From: an uncultured Bacteroides sp.
Lineage (GTDB): Bacteria > Bacteroidota > Bacteroidia > Bacteroidales > GCA-2748055
Assembly: GCA_964575865.1 (NCBI GenBank)
Contig: CAZNSZ010000010.1
Span: 5,276 to 69,275 of the forward strand
Direction: 5' to 3'
DNA: 64,000 bases
Below are positions 27,058-36,050 of this stretch, in pieces (within the stretch, counting starts at the first letter, position 1; each line of letters starts with the position of its first letter). The notes under the pieces are model-generated. The model did not search any database. It was given only the letters and a program-made list of their open reading frames with translations, and was not told the DNA's origin. Both the position numbers and the translations under genes were made by a program.

Positions 27058-27930
27058 TCAGAAATAACCAAAATCATGCCCTTGGTCAAAAATATCGGCT
27101 AAAATCCGGTTTGCAAGGCTGCTTGCCCCTATTCTGAACCGTTCACTGTTCAGCCAGTCCTCCCCCAGTATTTCCCTGACAATGGTCCAGTAGAGTATGG
27201 CTGTCCGGGAGTCAGAGATCCCTCCTGCCGGCTTGATGCCGATTTTTTTCCCGGTGCGGTTGTAATAGTCGAGGATCGCCTGGCACATGATAATGACGGC
27301 CTCGGGGGTGGCCCCGGGCTGGATTTTTCCGGTGGAGGTTTTGATGAAATCAGCGCCCGCCCCGATACACAGCAATGCCGCTTTCCGGATCAGGGTGGGA
27401 TCTGCAAGGCTGCCGGTCTCCAGGATCACTTTCAGGTGTACGGTGCCGATCCGCTGCTTGATGATCTGAATCTCGTATTCCACATATTCAAGGTCCTCCA
27501 TCAGGAATTTCCCCACCGGCATCACGATATCGATCTCTTCCGCACCCTGTTCAACGGCCTGCTCGATCTCCATGACCTTGATGTTGGTAAATGTCTGAGA
27601 GGAGGGAAATCCTCCACCCACCGAAGCGATGGTGACCAGGGGATTTTCAAGTTTCTCCTTGACCACGGGGACAAGTTCGGGATAGACGCACAGGGCGGCC
27701 ACCGAAGGCATGGAGGGGTAGGCTTCCTCCAGCATGTTGACCTGATCGCACAGCCTGGATATGCTGTGGATGTTATCCCGCTCACCGAGGCTGGTCAGGT
27801 CAATCAGGCTGAAGATCTTTTTCAGCAGTTCTTTGTCCTCCGCGGGCGGCAATTTTCCCCGTATCTTCTCCAGTAATTTTCCAACCCCGGATGCCTCGAC
27901 GGTCAGGTTGAACTCCGATAAAATTTTCAT
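27058..27930 (-). CDS. deoC: deoxyribose-phosphate aldolase (long form)
   Basis: The Schiff-base lysine block GADFIKTSTGK and the IKPAGGI block are present. 290 aa. Confidence 0.85.
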   Translation of the reverse strand: MKILSEFNLTVEASGVGKLLEKIRGKLPPAEDKELLKKIFSLIDLTSLGERDNIHSISRLCDQVNMLEEAYPSMPSVAALCVYPELVPVVKEKLENPLVTIASVGGGFPSSQTFTNIKVMEIEQAVEQGAEEIDIVMPVGKFLMEDLEYVEYEIQIIKQRIGTVHLKVILETGSLADPTLIRKAALLCIGAGADFIKTSTGKIQPGATPEAVIIMCQAILDYYNRTGKKIGIKPAGGISDSRTAILYWTIVREILGEDWLNSERFRIGASSLANRILADIFDQGHDFGYF

Positions 27931-27944
27931 GGTTGAGGTCTTGG

Positions 27945-28274
27945 CTACCTCAATTTATCATTTTGTTGATGACGGTCAAAATCCCGGGTGGTTTTTTTCT
28001 CCAGATTGGCCTGAAAGGCTTCCTCAAGGTCGATCCCGGTCTGGTTGGCCAGACAGATCAACACGAACAGCACATCGGAGAGCTCATCAGCCAGCAAATC
28101 CGGGGACCCCTTCCCGGAACGGTCCGACTGCTCGCCGTAGGTTCGGGCAATGAGGCTGGCCACCTCTCCCACTTCCTCGGTGAGGATCGCCATGTTGGTG
28201 AGTTCATTGAAGTACCTGACCCCGTACCGGTTGATCCATTGATCCACCTTTTCCTGTGCTTCCTTCAGTGTCAT
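27945..28274 (-). CDS. MazG-like all-alpha nucleotide pyrophosphohydrolase (109 aa)
   Basis: EEVGEVA and ELSDVLF metal-binding EExxE/ExxD helices are typical of small MazG/DCTPP1-like NTP-PPases. Confidence 0.85.
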   Translation of the reverse strand: MTLKEAQEKVDQWINRYGVRYFNELTNMAILTEEVGEVASLIARTYGEQSDRSGKGSPDLLADELSDVLFVLICLANQTGIDLEEAFQANLEKKTTRDFDRHQQNDKLR

Positions 28275-28285
28275 CGTTGCCCGTT

Positions 28286-28738
28286 TTATTCTCTGTTTCT
28301 GGTGTCAATGAGGATCGTTACAGGACCCGTGTTGGTGAGGGTGACCTGCATGTGGGCGCCGAATTCACCGGTCACCGCCGTGCGCTCCAGCTCCTTCTGC
28401 ATCTGATCCACGAAAGCCTCATACAGCGGAACGGCGGTTTCCGGAGGAGCAGCCCTGATGTAGGACGGACGGTTGCCTTTCCGGGTACTGGCGTGGAGGG
28501 TGAACTGGGAGACGATCATCATTTCCCCGCCGACCTCTTTAACGGAGAGGTTCATCACTCCCCGGTGATCGTCGAATATCCGCAGACGGCTGATCTTCCC
28601 GCTGAGCCATGCCACATCCTCGGGTCCGTCTCCCTCTTCAATGCCCACAAGGATCACCATTCCACTCCCTATGGACTGACCGGGTGCATCGTTGATGGTG
28701 ATATGTGCCTGTGAGACCCGCTGGATGACTGCCCTCAT
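28286..28738 (-). CDS. dtd: D-aminoacyl-tRNA deacylase
   Basis: MRAVIQRV N-terminus, SQFTL and the GPVTI(L)ID C-terminal motif. 150 aa. Confidence 0.95.
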   Translation of the reverse strand: MRAVIQRVSQAHITINDAPGQSIGSGMVILVGIEEGDGPEDVAWLSGKISRLRIFDDHRGVMNLSVKEVGGEMMIVSQFTLHASTRKGNRPSYIRAAPPETAVPLYEAFVDQMQKELERTAVTGEFGAHMQVTLTNTGPVTILIDTRNRE

Positions 28739-29190
28739 GAAAGATTTTCATTGACCATTCTGAACAGTGCCACCCGGTTGATGGGTTTGGAAATGTAATC
28801 ATTGAATCCCGCCTGCAGGCATTTGTGCCGGTCATTGTTCAGGGTATAGGCCGTTTGTGCGATGATCGGTATTTCAGGGTGTTTCGATTTGATGATCCGC
28901 ATGGCTTCATATCCATCCATCACGGGCATATTCAGATCCATCAGGACCAGGTCGATCTCTCCGGGGTGCCGGTGGATGAGATCCACCGCTTCCTGCCCGT
29001 TCTTTGCACGCATGATCCGCACCTCCGTCTTTTTCAGAAGGGTTTTCAGATAGAAGAAACTCACCTCTTCATCCTCGGTGATCAGGACAACCTTGTTGTT
29101 CCAGTGGTAGTCTTTCTGGTCATCCGGAGAGTAGACTTCCGGGGCTTCATGATTTTCCATGATGTCCGTGTTATGGGGATAAGACATCAT
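28735..29190 (-). CDS. single-domain response regulator (CheY-like receiver)
   Basis: Receiver blocks VLITEDEEV, DLVLMDLNMPVMDG (phospho-Asp) and IIAQTAY...K are present. The stop overlaps the dtd start (ATGA). Confidence 0.85.
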   Translation of the reverse strand: MMSYPHNTDIMENHEAPEVYSPDDQKDYHWNNKVVLITEDEEVSFFYLKTLLKKTEVRIMRAKNGQEAVDLIHRHPGEIDLVLMDLNMPVMDGYEAMRIIKSKHPEIPIIAQTAYTLNNDRHKCLQAGFNDYISKPINRVALFRMVNENLS

Positions 29191-29270
29191 CTAAATAATT
29201 GCAAAAATCAATGGAAGTCCAGCAGAGTTTTTAACATTTTGGCCAACAGGCGTTCAGCGGGCATCAATCC

Positions 29271-30461
29271 CTAAAAACTCCACTTCAATCTCAGAAATCC
29301 AAAGGTGTTGTTCTCCCGGCTGGTACCTCCGCCCGGCAGGTCCAGTTCTGCGGTGAAATGCTGCAGGATCAGAGAGAGTTTCAGGTCATTGAGCAGGCTC
29401 AGGTCCGCCGAGGGGCCCAGGTACCATCCTTTCCACTCAGGGTACCAGATGGTGGCGAATCCTCCGCTGAGCAACGGTGTGAAGGGATAGGAGAGGCTGG
29501 CAAAAACCGACCATGGGGTGAATCCCAGGTTTTTCACGTCCAGGTCACCTCCGTAAAATTGCAGGAAACTGTATACATCCAGGTCCTCGGCGAATGACGA
29601 ATAGAGCCCTTCCACCTGGATCCAGAGGGAATTGGAAAATGTGTAATCCGCGCCGGCGGAAAGCATGAAGTGCCCCGAGGTATCCCTGAACCGGTCCAGG
29701 TCCCTGAAATAGCTCATTTCCCCCCTGAAGGCGGCAGGACCCAGGTTGCCGCTCCAGCCGGTTCCAAGAACCAGGTCCTCCTGCCGGTAAACGCCTCCCA
29801 TGACCTGAATGTCAAAACCCAGGGTATTGAACCTGAAATATCCGGCAGCGGTGACCCGGCCGGCACTGTCCACTTTGGCCGCCAGTTCAGCAGTGGAAGC
29901 GATCCCGGTGTAGTACTGCATCCGGATGGCATCGCTGCCGGGTCTCTCGGGGTAATCCACCTCGAAATAGGAATAGGTGTTGAAAATGTCATTGGGATTC
30001 CAGACCAGGGTCTGCCCCCAGTTGATCCGCTGACGGCCCAGGGTCACCTCCAGGTTTCCGCTGGTGAACTGAACCCAGACGCGGTCAATGGATGTGGTCA
30101 GGAGGTATCCGGCATTTGCGCCCAGGTCCCCGTTGTGCACGAAGGTAAGGTCCAGCCAGCCGTTGTCCGCATCGATGCCGGATGCATACCCGGGGAAACG
30201 GCGCAGGGTGTTCCCCAGGATCATTCTGTTGCGGACCTGTATGGTTCCGGTGACCCAATCAGCCGGGTAGAACATGAGGTTGATCCGGTTCTGGAGGCTG
30301 TTTTCCCACAGCCACTGGTCCGGAAGGCGGTAGACGGTCTGCATGTCGGACAGGTATCCCTCCAGCGTGACCTTCTGCTGTGCTGCAGCCAGCATCAGGG
30401 GACCAAGCAGGACCCAGGTGATGAAACATCTGCTTCTTGTCCGGTGGTTACTTCCGCTCAT
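29271..30461 (-). CDS. hypothetical outer-membrane beta-barrel protein (last gene of ABC/LolA-like operon)
   Basis: Signal peptide, alternating aromatic/polar beta-strand pattern and a C-terminal LRLKWSF ending in Phe. It overlaps the ABC ATPase gene by 14 nt. Confidence 0.55.
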   Translation of the reverse strand: MSGSNHRTRSRCFITWVLLGPLMLAAAQQKVTLEGYLSDMQTVYRLPDQWLWENSLQNRINLMFYPADWVTGTIQVRNRMILGNTLRRFPGYASGIDADNGWLDLTFVHNGDLGANAGYLLTTSIDRVWVQFTSGNLEVTLGRQRINWGQTLVWNPNDIFNTYSYFEVDYPERPGSDAIRMQYYTGIASTAELAAKVDSAGRVTAAGYFRFNTLGFDIQVMGGVYRQEDLVLGTGWSGNLGPAAFRGEMSYFRDLDRFRDTSGHFMLSAGADYTFSNSLWIQVEGLYSSFAEDLDVYSFLQFYGGDLDVKNLGFTPWSVFASLSYPFTPLLSGGFATIWYPEWKGWYLGPSADLSLLNDLKLSLILQHFTAELDLPGGGTSRENNTFGFLRLKWSF

Positions 30462-31149
30462 CGGAAATCACTTTCCCGTCTTCGATGGTAATGACCCTGC
30501 GGGCCTTTTTCACCACCCGGGCATCATGGGTGGAGAAAATGAAGGTGATCCCCTCCTCCCTGTTGAGTTCTTCCATGATATCGAGGAGGGTGGCGGTGGA
30601 TTTGGAATCGAGGTTGGCCGTCGGTTCGTCTGCCAGGACAAATTTCGGTTTGGAGGCCAGGGCCCTGGCCACTGCAACCCGCTGCTGCTGGCCTCCCGAT
30701 AGTTTGGCGGGCCTGCTGTCTGCCCTTTCCTGCAGCCCCACCGCCCTGAGCAGTTCGAAGGTGCGGTTGTCACGTTTCTGCTTGTTCCATTTCTGCAGGT
30801 TCATGATGAACTCCACATTCTCTTTGGCGGTCAGGACAGGGATCAGGTTGTAGGACTGGAAAACGAAACCGATGTTCCTCATCCGGAAGTCAATCAGGGC
30901 AGAGGACTTCAGGGTGGCCAGGTTGGTCTGGTTCACAAGGATCTCTCCTTCGGTGGGCTGGTCCAGGCCTCCGATCATATTCAGAAGGGTCGTTTTCCCG
31001 GACCCGGAGGGCCCCACGATGGCTGCAAACTCCCCTTTTTCAAAACCGAGGGAAATTCCATTCACCGCGTGAACCTGCACCTGGGAGCTGTTGTATATCT
31101 TATGGACGTTTTTGATCTCTAGGACTTTCATGGCTTCTGGTTGTATCAT
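30448..31149 (-). CDS. ABC transporter ATP-binding protein (LolD/MacB-ATPase-like)
   Basis: Walker A GPSGSGKTT, signature LSGGQQQRV, Walker B VLADEPT. An alternative ATG lies at 31131. Confidence 0.9.
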   Translation of the reverse strand: MIQPEAMKVLEIKNVHKIYNSSQVQVHAVNGISLGFEKGEFAAIVGPSGSGKTTLLNMIGGLDQPTEGEILVNQTNLATLKSSALIDFRMRNIGFVFQSYNLIPVLTAKENVEFIMNLQKWNKQKRDNRTFELLRAVGLQERADSRPAKLSGGQQQRVAVARALASKPKFVLADEPTANLDSKSTATLLDIMEELNREEGITFIFSTHDARVVKKARRVITIEDGKVISDERK

Positions 31150-31164
31150 TGGTTTAAGCTTGGA

Positions 31165-32589
31165 TTATTCTGTTCGCAGTGCATCGGCAGGATCGAGCTT
31201 CAGCGCCTTCAGGGCGGGATAGATGGATGAAACTATGCCGGTCACAATGATCAGGATGGTCACCAGGATGAAAAATGTGAAATTGATCTGGGGATAGATG
31301 TGCGCCGAGTAGCCCATGGCCTCAAATCCCTCCTGGTAACTTGCAAAGTTGATCCCTTTCTCGGCGGTAAGGGCGATCAGCGCAGAGCTTACCGCCATTC
31401 CGGTCACGCCTCCCACCATGGAGAGGAATACCGATTCCAGCATGATCATGCTGAATACCCGTTTTTTATTCATCCCGATGGCGGTGAGCATCCCCAGTTC
31501 TTTGGTCCGTTCCAGTACCACCATGAGCATGGTGTTCACGATCCCGAAAGCCAGGGCTGCCAGGATCACGATCATGAAGATCGCATAAAACTGCTGCACC
31601 ATCCCGGTCATCATGGCCAGGTCGGGCTGAATCTCCTTCCAGTCCATCACCTCCATTCCGGGCAGCTTTTCCGCTAATGTGCGGGTGATCGCTCCTGCGT
31701 TATCCGGATCTGCAACCCGGACCACCAGCTGGTGGTACTGATCGCGATCCAGCCCGGTCAGGAGGTGCAGGTCCTCATTTTTTACGAAGACCGTTGATGA
31801 CTCGTACATGTTGTTCTTGATGTCATAGATCCCGGCGATCCGGAACAGGGCGCCGGTCTGGATCTGGTCTTTGTCCAGGAAGGTCAGCGTCAGCCTGGAA
31901 CGTTCGCGGAAAGACCAGGCTTGTTCCATGATCAGGGGGATGTATTCTTCCTGGCGGGAATCCAGGATGCGCCTGAGCCTTTTCCTGAGCGCTTTTTCAC
32001 TGGTAAACCGTTCTTCCCGGAGCGGCTCCAGCCTATCCAGGACGGAGGAGGGCACTTCTTTTTTGCCCAGGGCCTCCAGGGTTTCATCCCCGATGAGGTA
32101 CCGGATGATATTCAACTCCTTGGCCAGGTCCTGCCCGATATAGGCCAGGTTGTGCCTGCTCCCGGTTGCGAAGAAATCACCCGTTCCCGGAATGGTATTT
32201 TCGGAAAGGGTAAATACGGCCTGCTCCTGCTCTGGTTCTATTCCGATGATCTGTACCCCGGTACTTTTAGCGGCCGTGTTGGCCATACCCGTCAGGATCA
32301 CCCTGGGCGACACTGCTTCCACACCGGCGGTTTCACGGACCGATTGAAGGGTGGTCACCGGGTCGGGAACGGTGAGCTGGATGTCGAAGTTATCACGGAA
32401 TCCATCGGCATTCACATGAAGGTGCCCGATTTCCTCATTCAGCGCCGCATCCAGGCGCTGTTCAATGGCACCGTTCATGACCGCCACGGCAAAAACCCCT
32501 CCGAAAATCCCTATGGTCACCGAACTGATCACCACCAGGCTCCGGACTTTGTTCCGCCAAACATTTTTCCATGCTGTTTTCCAGATCAT
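31165..32589 (-). CDS. FtsX-family ABC transporter permease
   Basis: 474 aa with a TM1, a ~250-aa periplasmic domain and three TMs. The tail DPADALRTE is a typical FtsX C-terminus. Confidence 0.85.
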   Translation of the reverse strand: MIWKTAWKNVWRNKVRSLVVISSVTIGIFGGVFAVAVMNGAIEQRLDAALNEEIGHLHVNADGFRDNFDIQLTVPDPVTTLQSVRETAGVEAVSPRVILTGMANTAAKSTGVQIIGIEPEQEQAVFTLSENTIPGTGDFFATGSRHNLAYIGQDLAKELNIIRYLIGDETLEALGKKEVPSSVLDRLEPLREERFTSEKALRKRLRRILDSRQEEYIPLIMEQAWSFRERSRLTLTFLDKDQIQTGALFRIAGIYDIKNNMYESSTVFVKNEDLHLLTGLDRDQYHQLVVRVADPDNAGAITRTLAEKLPGMEVMDWKEIQPDLAMMTGMVQQFYAIFMIVILAALAFGIVNTMLMVVLERTKELGMLTAIGMNKKRVFSMIMLESVFLSMVGGVTGMAVSSALIALTAEKGINFASYQEGFEAMGYSAHIYPQINFTFFILVTILIIVTGIVSSIYPALKALKLDPADALRTE

Positions 32590-32600
32590 AGCTTTTTCAT

Positions 32601-34025
32601 TTAAGCGCGCAGGGCATTCACTACGTTCATTCCGAATATTTTTCGCAGGGGATAGGTCATGGACAGCAGCACCATCACTCCGACAATGAACATCTGCCAG
32701 AGGAAATAGAATCCGATCCCTTCAAAGGCCATGACCGGTTCCATCCCGAAATCTTCATACATACTGGCCCATTCTCCCCTGAATACGATGGGATGATCCA
32801 CCCCGTAAAGAATAATGATCCCCGCAACCACGGATCCTGCCAGGATCCCCATCAATCCGATCAGCATCATTTCCAGGGTCATGATCGACGCAAGTTTGTG
32901 CTTCTGCATCCCGATGGCAACCAGTACGCCGAACTCGCGTTTCCGTTCAGCCGTCAGCATCAGCACCGTTCCGAATACCCCGAAAGCGATGACCAGATAG
33001 AGGATCCCGATCATGATCATTCCGCTGTAGTTGTCAGCTTCCAGCTGTGAGACCAGGATCTCATTCATCTCCTTCCATTCCATCAGGCGTTGTTCCTCCG
33101 GGATCAGCGGGGCGATTCGATCCATTGTGGAGGCGATGGCGTCATCCCCGTTATCCTTCACATGAAGGGCAAGCGAGGTGAGGTTCCCTTCTGCATTGAA
33201 CAGCTGCTGACAGATATCAAGGGGGAGGTATACGATCTTATTGTCGATGTCGGGAAGCGGCATGCTGACGATTCCCTTGATCTCATATTTTCCTGCAGCC
33301 GTTGTGGCGTGATAGCCCTGGCTGATCAGGATCAGGGTGTCACCGATATCCATTTCCAGGTACTGTGCGAGGCGGTCCCCCACCCAGGCCCCGGGCACTC
33401 CCATTTCGATGCTCCCGTTCTCAAACCGGGTAAGCTGTTCAATGACGGGCATGATGCCCGGAGCGTCGCTGTCCTTGATTCCAAGATCCGCCTGCATCCT
33501 GTCGGCAGTTGCATAGGAAGCATCTTCGAGGCCGGATGCGAGATCGGCCACCTTTGCGGGGATGGAGGGATCCTGTTTCATGGCTTCGATGGCCTGGCCG
33601 GTAATCCGGTATTTCACGAGTCTTTCGGGTACCCGGGAGAGAACCATTTCCTGCCGGGGATCGATTCCCATCACCAGTACGCCCTTGGTCTGCGGGCCGC
33701 TGGAGGCGAGTGCAAACGATTCGAACCTGGGTACCGAAGTGATGATATTGGGATCCTGGATGAGGCTCCTGTTCACGGCCGAATCGAACGGGAAGGTGTT
33801 GTCCACGGTTTTATCTTCCCAGTAATCCCTGTGCTGGACCTGCAGGTAACCGGTGTAGGATTCTATGGCGTTGCGGAACATTTTGTCATATGATCCCAGC
33901 TGCAGCGACCTGAATAGCAGCGCAAAAAATACGGCAAACAGGACCGATGCCGATGTGATCAGCGTACGTCTCCGGCTTCTCCAGAGATTCCTCCAGGCCA
34001 GTTTGATGTTGTTGATCGTTCTCAT
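32601..34025 (-). CDS. FtsX-family ABC transporter permease (second paralogue)
   Basis: Same architecture and length as the adjacent permease. Ends in NVVNALRA. Confidence 0.85.
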   Translation of the reverse strand: MRTINNIKLAWRNLWRSRRRTLITSASVLFAVFFALLFRSLQLGSYDKMFRNAIESYTGYLQVQHRDYWEDKTVDNTFPFDSAVNRSLIQDPNIITSVPRFESFALASSGPQTKGVLVMGIDPRQEMVLSRVPERLVKYRITGQAIEAMKQDPSIPAKVADLASGLEDASYATADRMQADLGIKDSDAPGIMPVIEQLTRFENGSIEMGVPGAWVGDRLAQYLEMDIGDTLILISQGYHATTAAGKYEIKGIVSMPLPDIDNKIVYLPLDICQQLFNAEGNLTSLALHVKDNGDDAIASTMDRIAPLIPEEQRLMEWKEMNEILVSQLEADNYSGMIMIGILYLVIAFGVFGTVLMLTAERKREFGVLVAIGMQKHKLASIMTLEMMLIGLMGILAGSVVAGIIILYGVDHPIVFRGEWASMYEDFGMEPVMAFEGIGFYFLWQMFIVGVMVLLSMTYPLRKIFGMNVVNALRA

Positions 34026-34047
34026 GGTTACATGTTTTTAGGGCAGG

Positions 34048-34809
34048 TCAACGCACCCTTTTCATATTCTGCTGTGAGAAGAACTGGTCGTCAATGGGGG
34101 GATTGAACTGGATTTCATTGATGTCGAGGATGGTCTTGTGTCCCTCCTCTTCGGCAGGGATCAGTTCGATCCGGGTGGGGATCAGGCGGCCGTCCATCAT
34201 CCGGATATTCTTCCCCACCTCGGTACGGATCAGATACCCGTCCTCGTCGTAATATTCCGACTTCAGGAACAGGAAATCGGTTTTATCGATCCACCTCACC
34301 TGGTGTCCCCAGATGACTGCAGCATCCTCCTTTGCCTCCATCCTGATCCTGTAGCAGCTGCGCCCGTCAAGTGTTTCTTCCCCTGTGATCTCATGGGTAT
34401 AATCATTCACGACGGACGATTCTCTGAGGATATCGTCGTTGGTATAATCGGATCCCATCCAGCCCTGGGACATCATGGAGGGAGGGAGTTTGATCAGCCG
34501 GTCGATGGTGGGGTTCCAGTTCCACATTTCATTTTTTCTTTTCAGGAAGGTCTGTCCCCGTTCGCTGGCCGGTTCGGTGATCAGGGTCAGGGCATAATCG
34601 CGTCCGCTGGTCCAGTTCCGGAACTCAATGGTCCGCTCCCAGGTTGGCCTCACGATGGTCATGGACATGGTGCTGATGCTGGTCTTTTCCCCGTTGAATT
34701 GGTCATTGGCCTTCCGGATGATCTCCCGTGCCGGGGGTTCCTGGGCACTGGCAAGGGGAGTGGTGTGGGGAACGATCAGCAGGGAAAGTATGATGAATGC
34801 ATGTTTCAT
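34048..34809 (-). CDS. LolA-like outer-membrane lipoprotein-sorting protein family
   Basis: Signal peptide and a ~230-aa all-beta sequence. Blocks TMSMTIVRPTWER and YLIRTE...IPTRIE resemble those of annotated outer membrane lipoprotein-sorting proteins found next to FtsX/ABC pairs. Confidence 0.65.
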   Translation of the reverse strand: MKHAFIILSLLIVPHTTPLASAQEPPAREIIRKANDQFNGEKTSISTMSMTIVRPTWERTIEFRNWTSGRDYALTLITEPASERGQTFLKRKNEMWNWNPTIDRLIKLPPSMMSQGWMGSDYTNDDILRESSVVNDYTHEITGEETLDGRSCYRIRMEAKEDAAVIWGHQVRWIDKTDFLFLKSEYYDEDGYLIRTEVGKNIRMMDGRLIPTRIELIPAEEEGHKTILDINEIQFNPPIDDQFFSQQNMKRVR

Positions 34810-34837
34810 GGGGTTGTCGGTTTTATCAATGATTGAA

Positions 34838-35431
34838 TTAAATAAAGTAGCTTATTATTCTGTTTTCCAATTTATTAAGAACTTCATCCGGAATTTTCAG
34901 GTGAGGATCGGAGTAGATCATGAGGATCCCGAATCCTTCGATCATGGCAGAGAGGGTCAGCATTTCCAGGTAGGGATCCTCACACCCTTTTTTCTCAAAA
35001 TATCCGGTGAGCAACGGATAGAACCGCTCCATATAGTTGTAGACGGGCTTTTCTCTCATCAGTTCCTTGACCCCGGGTTGCAGGATCACGCTCACATAGA
35101 GGGTCCAGAATTCCCGGTTGTGGCGCATGTTGCTGAACACCTTCCGGATGAAGTGTTCCAGTTCTTCGGGTTGAAGGATGCCGTCGCTGTTGGGATCGAG
35201 CAGGTGCATGATCTCATCCAGCCCGTTTTCGATGATGGCGGTAAGCAGCTCCTCTTTGCTTTCAAAGTAATTATACATGAGTCCCTTGGAGATCCCGGCT
35301 TTCTCTGCAAGCATTGAAATGGAGCAATTGCTGTATCCCTCGGCAGCGAAGAGATCCATGGCGGCGTCCATGATCTGCTTCCGCCTGCTCTCCCTCATCA
35401 TTTCGAACTGTTCCTGTGTCCTGGGTGCCAT
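34838..35431 (-). CDS. TetR/AcrR-family transcriptional regulator
   Basis: The N-terminal HTH is FAAEGYSNCSISMLAEKAGISKGLMYNYFESKEEL. Confidence 0.9.
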   Translation of the reverse strand: MAPRTQEQFEMMRESRRKQIMDAAMDLFAAEGYSNCSISMLAEKAGISKGLMYNYFESKEELLTAIIENGLDEIMHLLDPNSDGILQPEELEHFIRKVFSNMRHNREFWTLYVSVILQPGVKELMREKPVYNYMERFYPLLTGYFEKKGCEDPYLEMLTLSAMIEGFGILMIYSDPHLKIPDEVLNKLENRIISYFI

Positions 35432-35437
35432 GATTTA

Positions 35438-35455
35438 TGACTGAACGTTTAGTCA
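35438..35455. promoter_or_regulatory. 18-bp near-perfect palindrome TGACTGAACGTTTAGTCA, candidate TetR operator
   Basis: 8 of 9 positions are symmetric. It lies between the -7 box (35454-35461) and the tetR start codon (35431), so it covers the expected transcription start. Confidence 0.5.
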
Positions 35456-35461
35456 AAGATA
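35454..35461 (-). promoter_or_regulatory. -7 box TATCTTTG for the TetR-headed operon
   Basis: CAAAGATA on the + strand, 22 nt upstream of the start codon at 35431. Confidence 0.45.
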
Positions 35462-35515
35462 AGAAACCGAATCCCGCTTGTCAAGTTTTTTTTAGGGTTT
35501 TTTTGAAGATTCCCT

Positions 35516-35540
35516 GTAACTTTCGCTTGACGGATTCGTC
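35516..35540 (+). promoter_or_regulatory. ECF-type promoter candidate GTAAC-N16-CGTC
   Basis: AAC-N16-CGT spacing typical of autoregulated ECF sigma promoters, 27 nt upstream of the sigma-factor ATG. Confidence 0.4.
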
Positions 35541-35567
35541 CTATGGGCACCAGATCAACAGGATTTA

Positions 35568-36050
35568 ATGACGGTAGCGGAGTATAACCATGCGGTGGAC
35601 CAGTACGCCGATGGGCTCTACAGGTTCGTGATCAAGAACCTGGGAGACGAACATTATTCAAGGGATGTGGTACAGGACACCTTTGAGAAACTCTGGGTAA
35701 GGCTGGAAACCGTCTCCTACCTGAAGGTGAAAACCTACCTGTTCACGGCCGCCTACCACACCATGATCGACCACATCCGGAAGGAGAAGAGGTACACAGG
35801 GCTGGCAGCCGGACATGATGAGAGGGAGGTTTCAGGGAGCTATTCCGATCTGGGTGAGGTGCTGGAAGGTGCCATTTCGAGGCTTCCCGAAGACCAGAGG
35901 GCAGTGGTGATGCTGAGGGATTATGAGGGGTATGCCTACCGGGAAATTGCGGAGATCACCGGCCTGAGCGAATCGCAGGTGAAGGTGTACATCTACAGGG
36001 CCAGGGTTTTCCTGAAACATTACATAGGAAGCATGGAGAAGGTGATATGA
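35568..36050 (+). CDS. ECF (sigma-70 family group IV) RNA polymerase sigma factor
   Basis: Region 2 (DVVQDTFEKLW) and region 4 HTH (YREIAEITGLSESQVKVYIYRAR). Confidence 0.9.
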   Translation: MTVAEYNHAVDQYADGLYRFVIKNLGDEHYSRDVVQDTFEKLWVRLETVSYLKVKTYLFTAAYHTMIDHIRKEKRYTGLAAGHDEREVSGSYSDLGEVLEGAISRLPEDQRAVVMLRDYEGYAYREIAEITGLSESQVKVYIYRARVFLKHYIGSMEKVI

